DNA of 64,000 bases from Podarcis gaigeae. Lineage: Eukaryota. This document shows positions 38,501 to 48,744 of the stretch, piece after piece (position 1 is the stretch's first letter; each line of letters opens with the position of its first letter). The stretch lies in the NCBI GenBank assembly GCA_964106915.2, contig OZ066917.1. The stretch is one strand, 5' to 3'. The notes beneath the pieces are model-generated. The model did not search any database. It worked only from the letters and a program-made list of their open reading frames with translations, and was not told the origin of the DNA. The translations under genes and the position numbers were made by a program.

Positions 38501-41500
38501 CTTCAAACAATTCTTCCCAATGAAGTGGAAGGAATCATATTCCTTAATAAAAACTGTTGGGAGGAAAAATCACGCAAAGTCATCTTTATCAAAAGAAAAG
38601 GGTTTTAAAAAATCCTTTACTAAAGAATACTTTGAAATGCAATAGGAATACTACCAACATGTGCAGCTGTCATTGTGTTTTGTAACTCATTTATGGCCCT
38701 GCTCTAACTGAAGGTGTTCCAGATCCTTCTGTGTGAGGAAAAAGAGGGAGAAAGAGACTAACAAGCAGTAGCAGATCAGGGCGTAAGGAACAGCTGCAGC
38801 TTCATGTTAGCAATTTCACTCCTCCGATGCTGCAGATGAGATTGCTGTAAATCACATGTCTGTCTGGGACGAGTCTGGGAAAGGAAGACAAGTCTTATCT
38901 CTTCCGCTGCGGGTACTATTACACTGTACTTTCGCTTTCATTTTTTTCCTGTTTTGTTCTCTCGGAGCTGGAGAGAACAGACGCCATTATGCTTTTGTCT
39001 GTACATAGTGTGTAAATAAATGGTAGATTAGTTCTACTATGTCTCACGCTTCTTGCTGTGTTGTGCCAGAAGCTTAGTGTGCATATATCATTATGATGTA
39101 TGTCGCTAGAAGCGCACTGGAAGAGAAGGGAGATGCCTTTTCCAGAGCTGCGCATACCGGGGGACGCTCAGAGTTCTGGAGGCTTGCAGGCACCCCCAGG
39201 GTGTTTTTCCAACACATAAGTATATCTACAATCTACTGAGTCAACTACCCAAACAATCCTTACCATCTAAATATATACCTACCCTGCATTTCACATCTCA
39301 GATTGGGAGCTAGTTCTATGGGTTCACAAAAAGTCATTGAAAAGGATACGTAGGCAGTTGTACATGTCCTGCAGAGGTTTCTCATCAGCAAAGAGCCGGG
39401 ACTGGACCAACTGATGGATGAAGCTGATCTGCATACTGTGAACTAAAGCTCGACCATCTTCCATTAAAAGAAAAGAAAATGAATCTTTTGTGTTTTTTAT
39501 GAATCTTTATGATGATGTAACACTACTTAAAAGGTTTATTAAAAGCCTCAAACAATAGTGGAAAGTATAAAGTATTAATGCTTGGAGAGTGGCTTCTGAT
39601 GCAGTTTGAGAACACGCAGCTGGGGATACAGAGTAACATGCTGAAGAGCGGACACCATCAACATTTAAGATGGCATGGTCGAAAACAGCTCAATTTACTT
39701 TAATAGAAGAGGTTAATGGAGTTTAGGTGAGTGCCCCAAGTCATAAGCATTAGATCTATCATCATGTCTATGGGCATTACCTCCAGTCTCTTTGTCTTCT
39801 ACCAGAATTTCCAGTTTGAGAAGACGCCATGGGACATCAGGATCATCTCCCATCACTGTCAAAGTAGCCTCAAATTCACCTTCAACACGAAACTTCACAC
39901 GGCCATTAGCTAGAAACAGAAACCATACATAGTGAAAAGCAAAGCATAAGCAAAATAAAACTCTGGTTTGTTTGTTTTAAAAAACAACAACCGGGGGGGG
40001 GGGGGATATGGAAAAGATTCCCTTTCCTCTAGCAGTAATGACTCCTCTTTCTGGTAGTTTTGAATTTCAGACATTCCTTTTAAGTTACTCTCAATAAATC
40101 TTTATTACACATTTTAATTAGCTGAGAGTAATCCATCTGTCATGGATGCTTTAGCTGAGATTCCTGCATTGCAGAGGGTTGGACTAGATGACCCTTGGGT
40201 CCCTTCCAGCTCTAAAATTCTATGATTCTATGAACTAAAGGAGTGAAGGGATCAGTGCAATGGCTTACCAACTGTAAGATTGGCCAGCTGTGGAGGAAGA
40301 TCTGTTGTCACCAGTCGGTGGCGAAGAATCTGGTTTAACTGATGGAGCGTTGTTTGTTTCTCAACTTTTGTTATTGGATCAGGAGGAATTATTTTGTCCT
40401 GTAAAGTTACAAATGTGCATTTTTACATACTAATTTAAGTTATCCCGAATTCATGTAACCATTTTGTAAATATGAATAAACTGCCAGGACAAACCTCGTC
40501 ATCCATGTTATAGATCCACAACGGCCTGGGCTCATGCAAAGGACTTACTACGGTTTCATGGATTATTATTTTTTACTTTTTTCTTTTAAAAGTTGAGTCT
40601 CACAAAATATCATCTGCTTTTATAATTGAAGGTACAAATTTTGTGGCCTTCACAGTGCAACACACAAGGTAGTTTGGCCTTTGCTGTTGTTAAAATAAAC
40701 AATAGTGGAAATGTGTTGAGCCACTGACAGAAAAGGACTAGATAGTGGAGGAAAGAGGGGCTCTCATAATGGGTAACTTAACACAGCAAATCAAAACCCA
40801 GAAAAGGAGAAATGAAATAAACCACATCATGGAAAACTGATGGCCCTTGCTTGCTTACTTACTTGGAACCAAGCCCTGTTTACAGGGATAAAACAAACAA
40901 ACAAACAAACAAACAAACAAACAAACAAACAAACAAACAGTGTCTTAAATATATCTATTTTCTGTACCAAAGAAAGCTGCTAATTTTAGCCTTTAAACAG
41001 TGAGCAGTGGGGCAAGGGCCATATTTTTTAATTGTGACTCTAAAAAGTTCAAAATAAAAAGTTTTTTTTTGAAATACACCAATGATTAAAAGAATCTTAT
41101 TTGGTGATGATTCAGCCAACTAAGGTGTCTTAGGCCAATCAGAAGTATTTGGCATCAGTTATCTCAAACATAAGCCTTTTATCCAATGCAACAAGGCTGT
41201 GAGGAAAAAGCTCCTGCTAAAAGCAAACTGAGACAGAGGTCTAAGTCTTTTGTTGTTTTTACATTATACAGCAATTTACCCGTATACATGTTGGCAGCCG
41301 TGGATATGACCCAGTTGTCAGTACGTCAATAGCATATGGAATAGCAAAGCTGGGCAGACGAGCATGGACCAAAGCATCTCTGGCTAGTGATGCTAAACGA
41401 TCAGCAGTGTCCACAAACAGAATAGCTTGTTGATCAAGAAAGCTTGATATCATCTGTAATATATATATATATATTAATATAAATTCATTTAAAATTATTT

Positions 41501-44500
41501 ACCCACATCTAAACTCCTCCACAAAAGCCAACTATATACCTCCTGTTCAAAATGTCAAAGTCTTTGGTGGAATAAACATTGCAGCTGATCTGTGAAATAA
41601 ATTGTGATGTGAACTGCCCTGTGATCTTCAAATGAAGGGCAGTAAACAAATATAATAAATAATAAAAGGTAAACTTTTCAAAAATATATTATCATACTAT
41701 AGACCCTTTCAAAGAAGGACAAGAGCATGCCTTTAAGAGGCAATTTGGAAATTATAGCTCTGGAAGTACCCTACAAGAAACCCAAAGGAAGAGAAGACCA
41801 AAAAGAAAAAAAGAACACATACCCAATAGATCAGCATGTGTGTGGTGCTCTTGTTATATGGCCTAAAGAACACCCTTATACATATATAGTGGTACCTGTG
41901 GATACGCACACCTCTGGTGCGTATCCTTCAGGATGTGAACGTGCCAAACCCGGAAGTATTTTTTAGGGTTTCACCGCACGCACACACGCAAAAGCGCTCT
42001 ACGCACAGAAGTGCTCTACCACGCTGCACGTATTCGCAGAAGCGGCACCTCCAGTTGCAAATTCCTAGGGATCAGACCGGAGCTCCGGAACAGATTCTAT
42101 GCGCAACCAGAGGTACCACTGTAGACTGATTTATCCAAGAAATACATACAGCAGTGTCATACAGTGAGAAAGATAACAAACCCACTGTTCAAGACAGTCA
42201 AAATGACAGGAAATGTAACACTGGGACCACCCTGACCTGTGTCCAAAGGAAACAGACTAACTACTGGCAAAAATTCAGTTTACCTACATGAAGGGCTTTC
42301 TAATTACTAAGAGCCAGTGACAGCTCAGCTGGGCAAGGTGTTGGGAGAAGAAGTAGGGTGGGGGCAGAGGCTAGAGAGAAGCTGAGGTCAGGAAGAAAAG
42401 CCTGACCAGGCCAAAATCTTTGCACAATATATAAACTGATAACCTAAAACTAGAAAGGCCTAAGAAATCATGGCAGAGCTCCAAATGTCACTTAGGAGCA
42501 TGTATTCACTTTAAATGACTTATTTCTCTTTATTGTTACAGTAACATATTAAAGGGTACATAAAATTAAGCAAGGATCTTGGACAGGAACAATTTCTGCA
42601 AATATGATCCCACTAGTATTACATGCACCATATTGAAACATTTCTCAATAATGGGGGCATGTCAACATTTAATATAAATCTACATCATGATACAAAATTT
42701 TGTTTAGCTGTCATTTGTTATTCTACATTAGTTTGTAACTAACTGCAGAACTACATTCTGAAAACAGAAGATTTTGCTATTTTTCAGATGTTTCTAGTCC
42801 ACCCAGCTGTAGGCAAGTTTTCCAAGAAACAAGCATTCACTGCATCTTAAAAAAAATGAAATCATAACTTTTTTACTAAAAATATTTTTGAAATTTATGA
42901 CCACTATATTTGAACATGTGGGATGTCAGTAACTATTCTCTCATGCTTTGTGGATGGTTCCTCCTCCGCTTTTATGATTTTATTGTCTAAATTATGCCAA
43001 TAAAGGCTGAATGAATGAATGACCCATTTTCTCAATTTTCTCAGCTGGGTGAAGTACAGAAGCCATCCCTTGCCTCTGTAAATTTCAGCTGAGAGCTAAT
43101 GAATAGTATCAAACTTACCGCACATTTTTCCACCTTTCCAGCGTTATTTGCCCATTTCACCAAGGCTAACAATCGGACAAACAGCTGCCGTGTGCGACTT
43201 GCAAACTGCACTATTTCTATTTTTCTGTAAAGAAGCAAATTGCATTAGAAAATCTGTAGTTCAATTATTTTGAAAAAAGCAGCACATGAAAGGGGGAATC
43301 AGATACGCCAATAATTATTCCAGATGCAGAATGAGATACTAGACTAACATTGCAATCGGACACATTAGATAACTCCTTTTGGCCAAAAGTCTGCATTCAC
43401 TCTTGGTGAACCCTCCAGGGGCTGCCTGCACACTCTTACACACACTCACATGCACACAACCCCCTTACTTTATTTTATTACCGCTTCCAGTTTTTTAATT
43501 GATTGATTTATTGTACTTCTGTGCTGGTGCTCTATGATTTTCTTCCTTTCCTTTCCTTTCCTTTTTTGGGGGTGGGGGCTTTACTTCCCCCTGCTCCCAC
43601 CTCACAATGCAGCACACTGCACCTCATTATGCCAATGCTGGCATAGCTAGGGCTCCATTTTATTTAGGGGGGAAAGGGGGTTTCAAGGGAACAAGGGCAT
43701 TTATGATTCTACTGCCCCCAACATGCCCTGTTTCCCTTGCTCACTGCTGGTAGTACAGCTAGACTCATGGAGCTCCCTGCAGCTGTTCTGGAGGCCTCCA
43801 GCAGTGTTAAGTGCTATTCTGCTGATAGGCCTCCTTCTCTGACAGAGAAGAACTTACACTGCATCCAAATGTCCCTCAACCAAATTTTAGCCTGCTTTAG
43901 AGCTGCACCCTAAACTGTCTTAAATACATGTACAGCTGCAGTTAGTGTGAGGCCGCGAAAGAAAGATTTCTATGCCCCATAGTAACAAAATGCTAATGCT
44001 CTCTTTACTGATAAACAGGAGCATTTAGGAGATCTGTTCCTATATATAGGCATAAAAATGCAGGAAGCTCCAAAATGATTTTAACTTGACCGTCTCATGT
44101 ATATATGCTCAACTTTGTTGAAGGAACTCTCAGATTATCCAGCTAGTTCCAAAGCAATTATCTGTTTTGCATGCGATCCAACTGGGTATTACACGCTCAG
44201 TAATAAAGCCATCATATGGGGCTAGTTATTGGCACTAGCCCCATAGTTAGTTGCATACAGATGCTACATATTACTAGTATATATATTTTTAGTTTAGCCC
44301 ACTTATTGTTCAATATAAATGCACAACATGACACTGTAAGTTTTAAATATTAATAGTCTGCTTTCTAAGTTTTATGTCTTGTACGTGGAAAACATGACAT
44401 CTAAACTGCTGGCTTTCTGCTGGCTTTGATTTGTAGAGTTGCAGGAAAGGTCATTATTTAGTATGCAAAAAAAAGAAGAGGTAGGTTTTGGCTGCAAGAA

Positions 44501-47500
44501 GCATGTCAAACTCATGATTGAACTTGTGAACTAAGAGCCCTGTTGAGACCAACGGCCTATCAGATTCAGCCTGCCATTCACAGCGACCAACCAGAGGCCT
44601 ATGGGAAGGATTACTATATAGCCATAATGACTAACAGTTATTGGTGGCCTGATCCTCCAAGAGAAACGCTTGCTTTGTCTGCCCCTCTGGACAGTGTCCT
44701 ATGCAACAACCACTATTCTTGCTTCTTCTTATGCATGGGGCTTACAGCAAGGCTCTTGAACCAGCTTCTCAGGAGGTCTCACAGACCACTTCAATACTGG
44801 TATCTTAGTAGAAAATAAATTATTTTCACCCTCTTCTCTATTGTCTTTTAAGTAGTTTAATTGTGTGCAGTTGCCTTCCATTTTGTTGACACTGCTTTTG
44901 TAATGTTTGATCTATCTAATTTTATTGATTATAGATTGCTAAGCTCTAAAAACAACAACTGGAGGCTAATTAACTAATTTTCTCAAATAAAATAGTACAT
45001 GCAGGAGATTTATGGACTCACTTGCTAGTCAGTTTTACCAGAGCACTGCTGCAAGCATTCATTTTCAATGAAGGACAGCACACTAGTTAATTAAAACATT
45101 CCCTAAAGCAGCCACACTAAAAAAAAGCAGGAAAAACTCTTCAGAGCTGAGTTACAGTCATTGACAAGTATCAGCAGTGGCAGCCTGGAGATTCGGAAGG
45201 GACAACTTTGTGTCCTGCCCCAATTGAACCCTTTACACCTTCAGGCAAATGCCAAAACACTGCTACAGGGTTTAACTGTGTGATAAATATCTATGCATTA
45301 CAAAGCTCAGTTTTAGAAGAAATCCTCGAAGAATACAAGTGAACATGGGCACAGAGAGCTGCATGACCCAATGCTGACCTAAACTTAACTATGGTTAAGA
45401 TGTCAGACATACAAGGGATTATGGTTTAGTTTGGCAGTTAGTTCTGCCCTCAGCTGATGTTTATAATGGGACACCAGTAATACCTATTTCTTATCTTATA
45501 AGGAGAGGATGCAAAGGTGGATTAATTTTCCTAACCATACTCTGTGCAGATATATCATTGATATACAGTTAATACCAACCATGGTTTGCAACCCCACAGT
45601 TTCACAGCATTATTCTGAAGCAGGATCTTCATGAGGCCGTAATTCCACCCATATACAAACAAGTCTGTCTCCTATCAATTGCTAACTCTATCTGAAGTGG
45701 ATAAAACTTATGCATTCTCTATTTGAAAACCTGACTCCCAATTTGCTACCAAGCAAATGGTTCTATTATTGTATGGATCTTCCAGATATTCCATGATAAG
45801 GAAAAATGTCCACCCCACAAGCTGGGATAGCTCAGTCGGTAGAGCATGATATTCTTAATTTCAGGGTCATGGGTTTGAGCCCCACACTGGGCAAAAGTTG
45901 GACAGAGGGTTGGACAAGATTACCCTCGTGGTCCCTTCCAACTCTACAATTCCAGTAAAAATTAATGGATGCCAATTGCAAATACATTATTGGGCAAGCT
46001 TGGCAGTTTCAAAGTTTTTACCTTTGTTTACTAAATAAAAGTAACAAAAAATAATGATGCTGCTAAATTAGATAACTTTCTATGGCATCAGAAAACTTTA
46101 CAGTGCAAATTACCCTAATGTTACATAGGATTTTTTTAAAAACCCACATTACACAAATGTTAATCCTTTATTGGCATAGACTTTTCCTCTGCTGTAGTGT
46201 GAAGTCTCATATGACATTTCATAATCCAATAATCCTGATCTAGAGGAAAGCACAAACCATAGTTTTCTGATTTGAATGCATAGGCATATTTGGATCTGTA
46301 CTACAGAGGAAATTCATCCAGCGAGAGTGCTGAGCAGGAGTGGGAAATAAAACCACAAGACTCATTCTTATAGCATCAAATCATGGTTGCCATTACATGT
46401 AAACCATCCCAAAATGTTTTGAATTTCAAACTAGGCACTTAATAAAACTGAAGCACTATATTATTCTTTTTTAACTCAGGTAAAGTTAAAGAAAGGAAAT
46501 ATTTGACCCAGTGATTCAATACCTAAATTTCATTAAAATTCAGTACAAATCCTCCTCAATTGTCATTACTCACCTTTCCATATCTGTTTTTCTTGGTAAT
46601 CTGTTGGGAAGGGGAGTTGGAGTGGTGAAAAAAGATCAAATTAATATGTTTTGACAAATACTACAAAAACATTAAACAGGAAGCATGAGTTAATTTCAGC
46701 TCTCTGACAATAGTTCTTGTATAATTCTCAAGTTTTTAAACAATCTTGTAACTCATTCACATTTTACATTTTGGGGTGTACATTTAAATCTTAGGCAGAT
46801 ACCTACAGTGTGTGACTGCAAACTTCTTCACACAGATAATAAACAAATGTCTACCATGTGTCCAAATAACTGAAAACAGATGATGATTTCCCCAAAAGTT
46901 TTTCCAACACCAGTGCAAATACAAGTGACTGACATCATAAAGCGTGAACGTGCAGTCATTCAATTTCAGATCTCCATGTCCTGTGTCTTTACTATTACTA
47001 ACAGCACTGTATTATTGTGATGCTTAAACAAGCTGAGTTACAACACTGACTTTTTTTTTTAATTCTGGGAGCATTTATCCACACCACCTTAAGGTAAATA
47101 AAAGGGCCTGTTATATTTCCACAAAAGCATTAACAGAAAAAAGATAACAATATCACACTTAAAGTAGATTGAAATATATTTTTGTAGAGGGCCCTATATT
47201 GCTAGTGCTATGAATCACAAACGAGTTAAGGTGGAGTAAACATATTTTGAACCCATTTAACCCCATTTAAAGTAATGCAGCTTAACTAAAATGCAAATAA
47301 GTTTGAAATGATTTGCAGATATGACTATAGGTCTAATTTATATGTGGATGCATATGTAAAAAAAAGGAATTGGTTTATCCTGACTTTCACAGCCAACAAC
47401 CTAATTGAGCATATTCCTGAAAGAAACTAAATAAATAGTTGATGTGAATATATTAAAGCTATTAACTTCAATAAGGCTATTTATCTATTATTTAAAAATC

Positions 47501-48744
47501 TCATCCAACCAACCTTCTATTCATTACCTGGTCTGTTACTTACAAGAAATACTCCAGAGACCACACAGAGGGTGTGCTGCTTTGTCCATCATTTACAATA
47601 TTTGAGATTCCAGCCTTGCAGGGGGTTGGCCTAGAAGACCCTTGGGGTCCCTTCTAACTCTACAATTCTATGGTTCCATGAATAGCTTGTTGCAAAGATG
47701 TAGCCACAATGGGAAGTGATTTTAAAAGGCCACAATAAAGCAACCACAGAAGTTCCAGCTATGTGACAGGAGATTGTAGAAACTTCATGAAAAGTATAAA
47801 TACAATTTCTTTTTAAAAACCTGTTTAATACAAAGACAGCAAAGGCCTTGCTTCAATCTAGACACATAGGATGCTTCCAACGGTACCTGTCCCTCAATAG
47901 CCTACACACAAACAGCTTGCACTGGACCAGAATGGTCTGTACCATCCAGATGACTTACAGTGAAAGGAGGCTACCCTTCAAACTAAAATACAGTATCCAA
48001 CTGGGAGCACAGCACCCTTGTCACTTACACCTTAGTGTGCATGCACACGAAAGCTCATACCAATAACAAACTTAGTCTCTAAGGTGCTACTGGAATGAAT
48101 TTTTTTAATTCAGTATTTCCAACCAAGCAGACACAAGTTTTAGTTTAAGACTTAGCCCTTATCTTCTTGATGCCTTATTAGGTTTGCCAGCAAACATAAA
48201 CTCAACCAGGAATCAATTCCAGCTCTTTAACAAATGCACTTGTATGTATGACACTCAAGTTTTTGAACGATGCTTAACTCTATTCACCCTTTACATTTTG
48301 GGGGTGTACATATGACTCTTAGACAGGTCACCTAAGAGTCACAGCGTGCGAAGAGAGTCTGAAGATTCGAACTGAACCAGAAGATCAGGCTTCCCGAAAC
48401 CACCACCCTCCTTCTCCATCACGTAGAACAAGCCACAAAGGAGGAGGACCTCCTGGGCGAATGGGTAAGAGGCGTTCCATAAGCCTAACACGGGTCCGTC
48501 GGAGAGTGAACAGCCTCGCGAGGGGAGGCAGGTATGTGGGCAAGGGGCTCCCGGGCACTCACAGGTCGGCCAGAACGGTGAGCTCCGCATAAGTGCGATG
48601 CAGCAGGAAATCGATGAGGGTGCTGAGTCGGAAGCCGGCGCTGGCCGCCGCCGCCGCCGTTCCCGGAGGCTGGGGAGCTGGGGCCGAGGTGGGCCCTCCA
48701 CCCGCCGGGACCAGCTGGTGGCTTTCCAGTTGCACCGGCGCCAT
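12424..48744 (-). CDS. MED14: Mediator of RNA polymerase II transcription subunit 14, complete 31-exon gene span (about 1440 aa)
   Basis: All 31 exons located by hand with GT-AG boundaries; lengths sum to 4323 nt in one frame; N-terminus MAPVQLE and C-terminus [23 protein letters not shown] match vertebrate MED14. Confidence 0.98.
14712..14901 (-). CDS. MED14: MED14 exon 30 (190 nt)
   Basis: cag|CTT...CAG|gtactg; [41 protein letters not shown]...FAELNSPRP. Confidence 0.95.
15729..16137 (-). mobile_element. Probable non-autonomous RTE-derived retroposon
   Basis: Minus-strand 3' end GCGCACTCCATTATCTCTCGAGACAGATGGATGTC + CAA repeats; possible TSD TTTCATATATTGT / TTTCATGTATTAT (11/13); family assigned from memory. 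Confidence 0.5.
16331..16456 (-). CDS. MED14: MED14 exon 29 (126 nt)
   Basis: cag|TTT...TTT|gtaagt; [42 protein letters not shown]. Confidence 0.96.
16558..16665 (-). CDS. MED14: MED14 exon 28 (108 nt)
   Basis: tag|GTT...CTG|gtaagt; [36 protein letters not shown]. Confidence 0.96.
17115..17354 (+). mobile_element. Sauria SINE, 5'-truncated
   Basis: Highly similar to the 3' two-thirds of the 6937 copy; ends GGGTCCCTTTACCT. Confidence 0.9.
17372..17551 (-). CDS. MED14: MED14 exon 27 (180 nt)
   Basis: cag|CTA...AGA|gtaagt; [23 protein letters not shown]...LEKFFETR. Confidence 0.96.
18694..18929 (-). CDS. MED14: MED14 exon 26 (236 nt)
   Basis: tag|GTT...CCG|gtacgt; [40 protein letters not shown]...RIIQQEP; contains LNILL (LxxLL). 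Confidence 0.95.
19253..19388 (-). mobile_element. tRNA-Lys-derived SINE with CR1-like tail (degraded)
   Basis: Reverse-complement similarity to the 45821 element (GGGATAGCTTAATTGGTAGAGCATGAGAC ... GGACTAGATTACCCTCATGGTTCCTTCCAAC). Confidence 0.7.
19516..19698 (-). CDS. MED14: MED14 exon 25 (183 nt)
   Basis: tag|GTC...CAA|gtaagt; [31 protein letters not shown]...HSPRAGT. Confidence 0.95.
20146..20352 (+). mobile_element. Penelope-like element fragment forming a 77-bp inverted repeat
   Basis: Arms 20146-20222 and 20241-20317 with 1 mismatch; 14-bp [17 protein letters not shown] (20132-20145, 20353-20366); TGGTCTTTAAGGTGCTAC motif typical of reptile Penelope repeats. Confidence 0.8.
20223..20262 (+). 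ncRNA. Minimal type I hammerhead ribozyme motif
   Basis: GGUAU-CUGAAGA-A-GUGUG(CAUG)CACAC-GAAA-GC-UC-AUACC: both core boxes, stem I and stem II present; stem III reduced to the palindrome AGCU. Confidence 0.7.
20434..20565 (-). CDS. MED14: MED14 exon 24 (132 nt)
   Basis: tttag|GAA...ATG|gtaagc; [43 protein letters not shown]. Confidence 0.92.
20784..20892 (-). CDS. MED14: MED14 exon 23 (109 nt)
   Basis: caacag|TCT...CAG|gtaaga; [36 protein letters not shown]. An in-frame AG 15 nt further upstream makes the 5' boundary slightly uncertain. Confidence 0.88.
21613..21747 (-). CDS. MED14: MED14 exon 22 (135 nt)
   Basis: cag|ACA...CAG|gttgta; [45 protein letters not shown]. Confidence 0.9.
21895..22018 (-). 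mobile_element. LINE (L2/CR1-group) 3' end fragment
   Basis: Minus strand TGTAAGCTGCCCAGAATGGCTGGGGAAACCCAGCCAGATGG + AT-rich tail; related to the 31842 copy. Confidence 0.65.
22582..22851 (-). CDS. MED14: MED14 exon 21 (270 nt)
   Basis: cag|GTT...AAG|gtcttt; [26 protein letters not shown]...GFYPAPGLK. Confidence 0.95.
23240..23392 (-). CDS. MED14: MED14 exon 20 (153 nt)
   Basis: tag|ATC...CAG|gtaact; [51 protein letters not shown]. Confidence 0.96.
23775..23866 (-). CDS. MED14: MED14 exon 19 (92 nt)
   Basis: gaag|AAA...TCA|gtaagt; [30 protein letters not shown]. Confidence 0.94.
23978..24124 (-). CDS. MED14: MED14 exon 18 (147 nt)
   Basis: tag|GAC...CAG|gtacat; [48 protein letters not shown]. 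Confidence 0.95.
24236..24399 (-). CDS. MED14: MED14 exon 17 (164 nt)
   Basis: cag|AAT...AAG|gttagt; [54 protein letters not shown]. Confidence 0.95.
25024..25100 (-). CDS. MED14: MED14 exon 16 (77 nt)
   Basis: cag|CTA...AA|gtaaag; [25 protein letters not shown]. Confidence 0.95.
25474..25715 (-). mobile_element. Tc1/mariner MITE (about 230-bp family), copy 2, inverted
   Basis: CAGTGGTACCTTGGGT / ACCTAAGGTACCACTG; reverse complement of the 5385 copy. Confidence 0.85.
26313..26447 (-). CDS. MED14: MED14 exon 15 (135 nt)
   Basis: tag|TTG...GAG|gtaagt; [45 protein letters not shown]. Confidence 0.95.
27973..28167 (-). CDS. MED14: MED14 exon 14 (195 nt)
   Basis: tag|GTA...AAG|gtatgg; [23 protein letters not shown]...AGTKRK. 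Confidence 0.95.
29723..29882 (-). CDS. MED14: MED14 exon 13 (160 nt)
   Basis: aag|GTT...ATT|gtaagt; [25 protein letters not shown]...LTRLPQYYI. Confidence 0.96.
30673..31034 (+). mobile_element. Sauria SINE, full length, different subfamily, CpG-rich (young)
   Basis: GGGACGCAGGTGGCGCTGTGGGTTAAA head, GGTTCGAATCC B box, divergent 3' half, ACCTTT tail. Confidence 0.9.
31842..31990 (+). mobile_element. LINE (L2/CR1-group) 3' end with (GTAT)n(ATAA)n tail
   Basis: GGAAGCTGCCCAGAGTGGCTGGGGAAACCCAACCAGATGGG followed by a microsatellite tail. Confidence 0.65.
32317..32395 (-). CDS. MED14: MED14 exon 12 (79 nt)
   Basis: cag|ACC...AA|gtgagt; [25 protein letters not shown]. Confidence 0.95.
32568..32597. 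repeat. (CA)n microsatellite
   Basis: Directly visible. Confidence 0.95.
33225..33350 (-). CDS. MED14: MED14 exon 11 (126 nt)
   Basis: tag|CTT...TTG|gtatgt; [41 protein letters not shown]. Confidence 0.95.
33458..33716. mobile_element. Non-autonomous Tc1/mariner (pogo/Tc2-like) MITE, copy 2
   Basis: CCGTATTTTTTGCTCTATAAGAC / GTCTTATAGAGCGAAAAATACGG; reverse complement of 3122-3380. Confidence 0.85.
34658..34769 (-). CDS. MED14: MED14 exon 10 (112 nt)
   Basis: tag|ATA...ATT|gtatgt; [37 protein letters not shown]. Confidence 0.95.
35804..35954 (-). CDS. MED14: MED14 exon 9 (151 nt)
   Basis: aag|CCA...AAG|gtaaat; [50 protein letters not shown]. Confidence 0.95.
36932..37064 (-). CDS. MED14: MED14 exon 8 (133 nt)
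   Basis: tag|ACT...GAA|gtaagt; [43 protein letters not shown]. Confidence 0.96.
37065..39349 (-). other. U12-type (minor spliceosome) GT-AG intron 7 of MED14
   Basis: 5' splice site GTATCCTTT (39349-39341); branch site TACTTAAC (37085-37078) about 15 nt upstream of the AG; little polypyrimidine tract. Confidence 0.9.
37726..38074 (+). mobile_element. Sauria SINE, near full length (inside the U12 intron)
   Basis: Same head, core and ACCTTT tail as the 6937 copy. Confidence 0.9.
39350..39457 (-). CDS. MED14: MED14 exon 7 (108 nt)
   Basis: gaag|ATG...TAC|gtatcc; [35 protein letters not shown]. Confidence 0.96.
39781..39909 (-). CDS. MED14: MED14 exon 6 (129 nt)
   Basis: tag|CTA...GAG|gtaatg; [42 protein letters not shown]. 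Confidence 0.96.
40140..40232 (+). mobile_element. CR1-type LINE/SINE 3' tail
   Basis: GGGTTGGACTAGATGACCCTTGGGTCCCTTCCAGCTCTA + (ATTCTATG)n; similar tail at about 47605-47680. Confidence 0.75.
40269..40398 (-). CDS. MED14: MED14 exon 5 (130 nt)
   Basis: cag|GAC...TTG|gtaagc; [43 protein letters not shown]. Confidence 0.96.
40891..40939. repeat. (AAAC)n microsatellite
   Basis: Directly visible. Confidence 0.95.
41280..41453 (-). CDS. MED14: MED14 exon 4 (174 nt)
   Basis: cag|ATG...CGG|gtaaat; [58 protein letters not shown]. Confidence 0.97.
41887..42121. mobile_element. Tc1/mariner MITE (related TIRs, different interior)
   Basis: TAGTGGTACCTGTGGATACGC / GCGCAACCAGAGGTACCACTG with TA flanks. 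Confidence 0.7.
43119..43224 (-). CDS. MED14: MED14 exon 3 (106 nt)
   Basis: cag|AAA...GCG|gtaagt; [35 protein letters not shown]. Confidence 0.97.
45821..45952 (+). mobile_element. tRNA-Lys(CTT)-derived SINE with CR1-like tail
   Basis: Head is a mutated tRNA-Lys (TAGCTCAGTCGGTAGAGCATGA..TCTTAAT.TCAGGGTC) fused to a GGGTTGGAC...GGTCCCTTCCAACTCTAC tail. Confidence 0.8.
46574..46600 (-). CDS. MED14: MED14 exon 2 (27-nt microexon)
   Basis: cag|ATTACCAAGAAAAACAGATATGGAAAG|gtgagt; LPRKTDME; phase 2-2 fits exons 1 and 3. Confidence 0.93.
48037..48106 (+). mobile_element. Penelope-like repeat fragment
   Basis: Matches the right arm of the 20146 element (GTGTGCATGCACACGAAAGCTCATACCAA...TAAGGTGCTACTGGAA). 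Confidence 0.7.

Noticed and set aside
23867-39460. AAG acceptors at exons 7, 9, 13 and 19
   Set aside because: A minority but normal acceptor class; exon lengths and frame fit, so nothing remains unexplained
45821-45893. Apparent tRNA-Lys(CTT) gene
   Set aside because: Acceptor and anticodon stems and T-loop are mutated, and it runs directly into a CR1-like tail, so it is a SINE head
48037-48062. Second hammerhead-like motif
   Set aside because: Lacks the CUGANGA box and the 5' strand of stem I; only the 3' half remains
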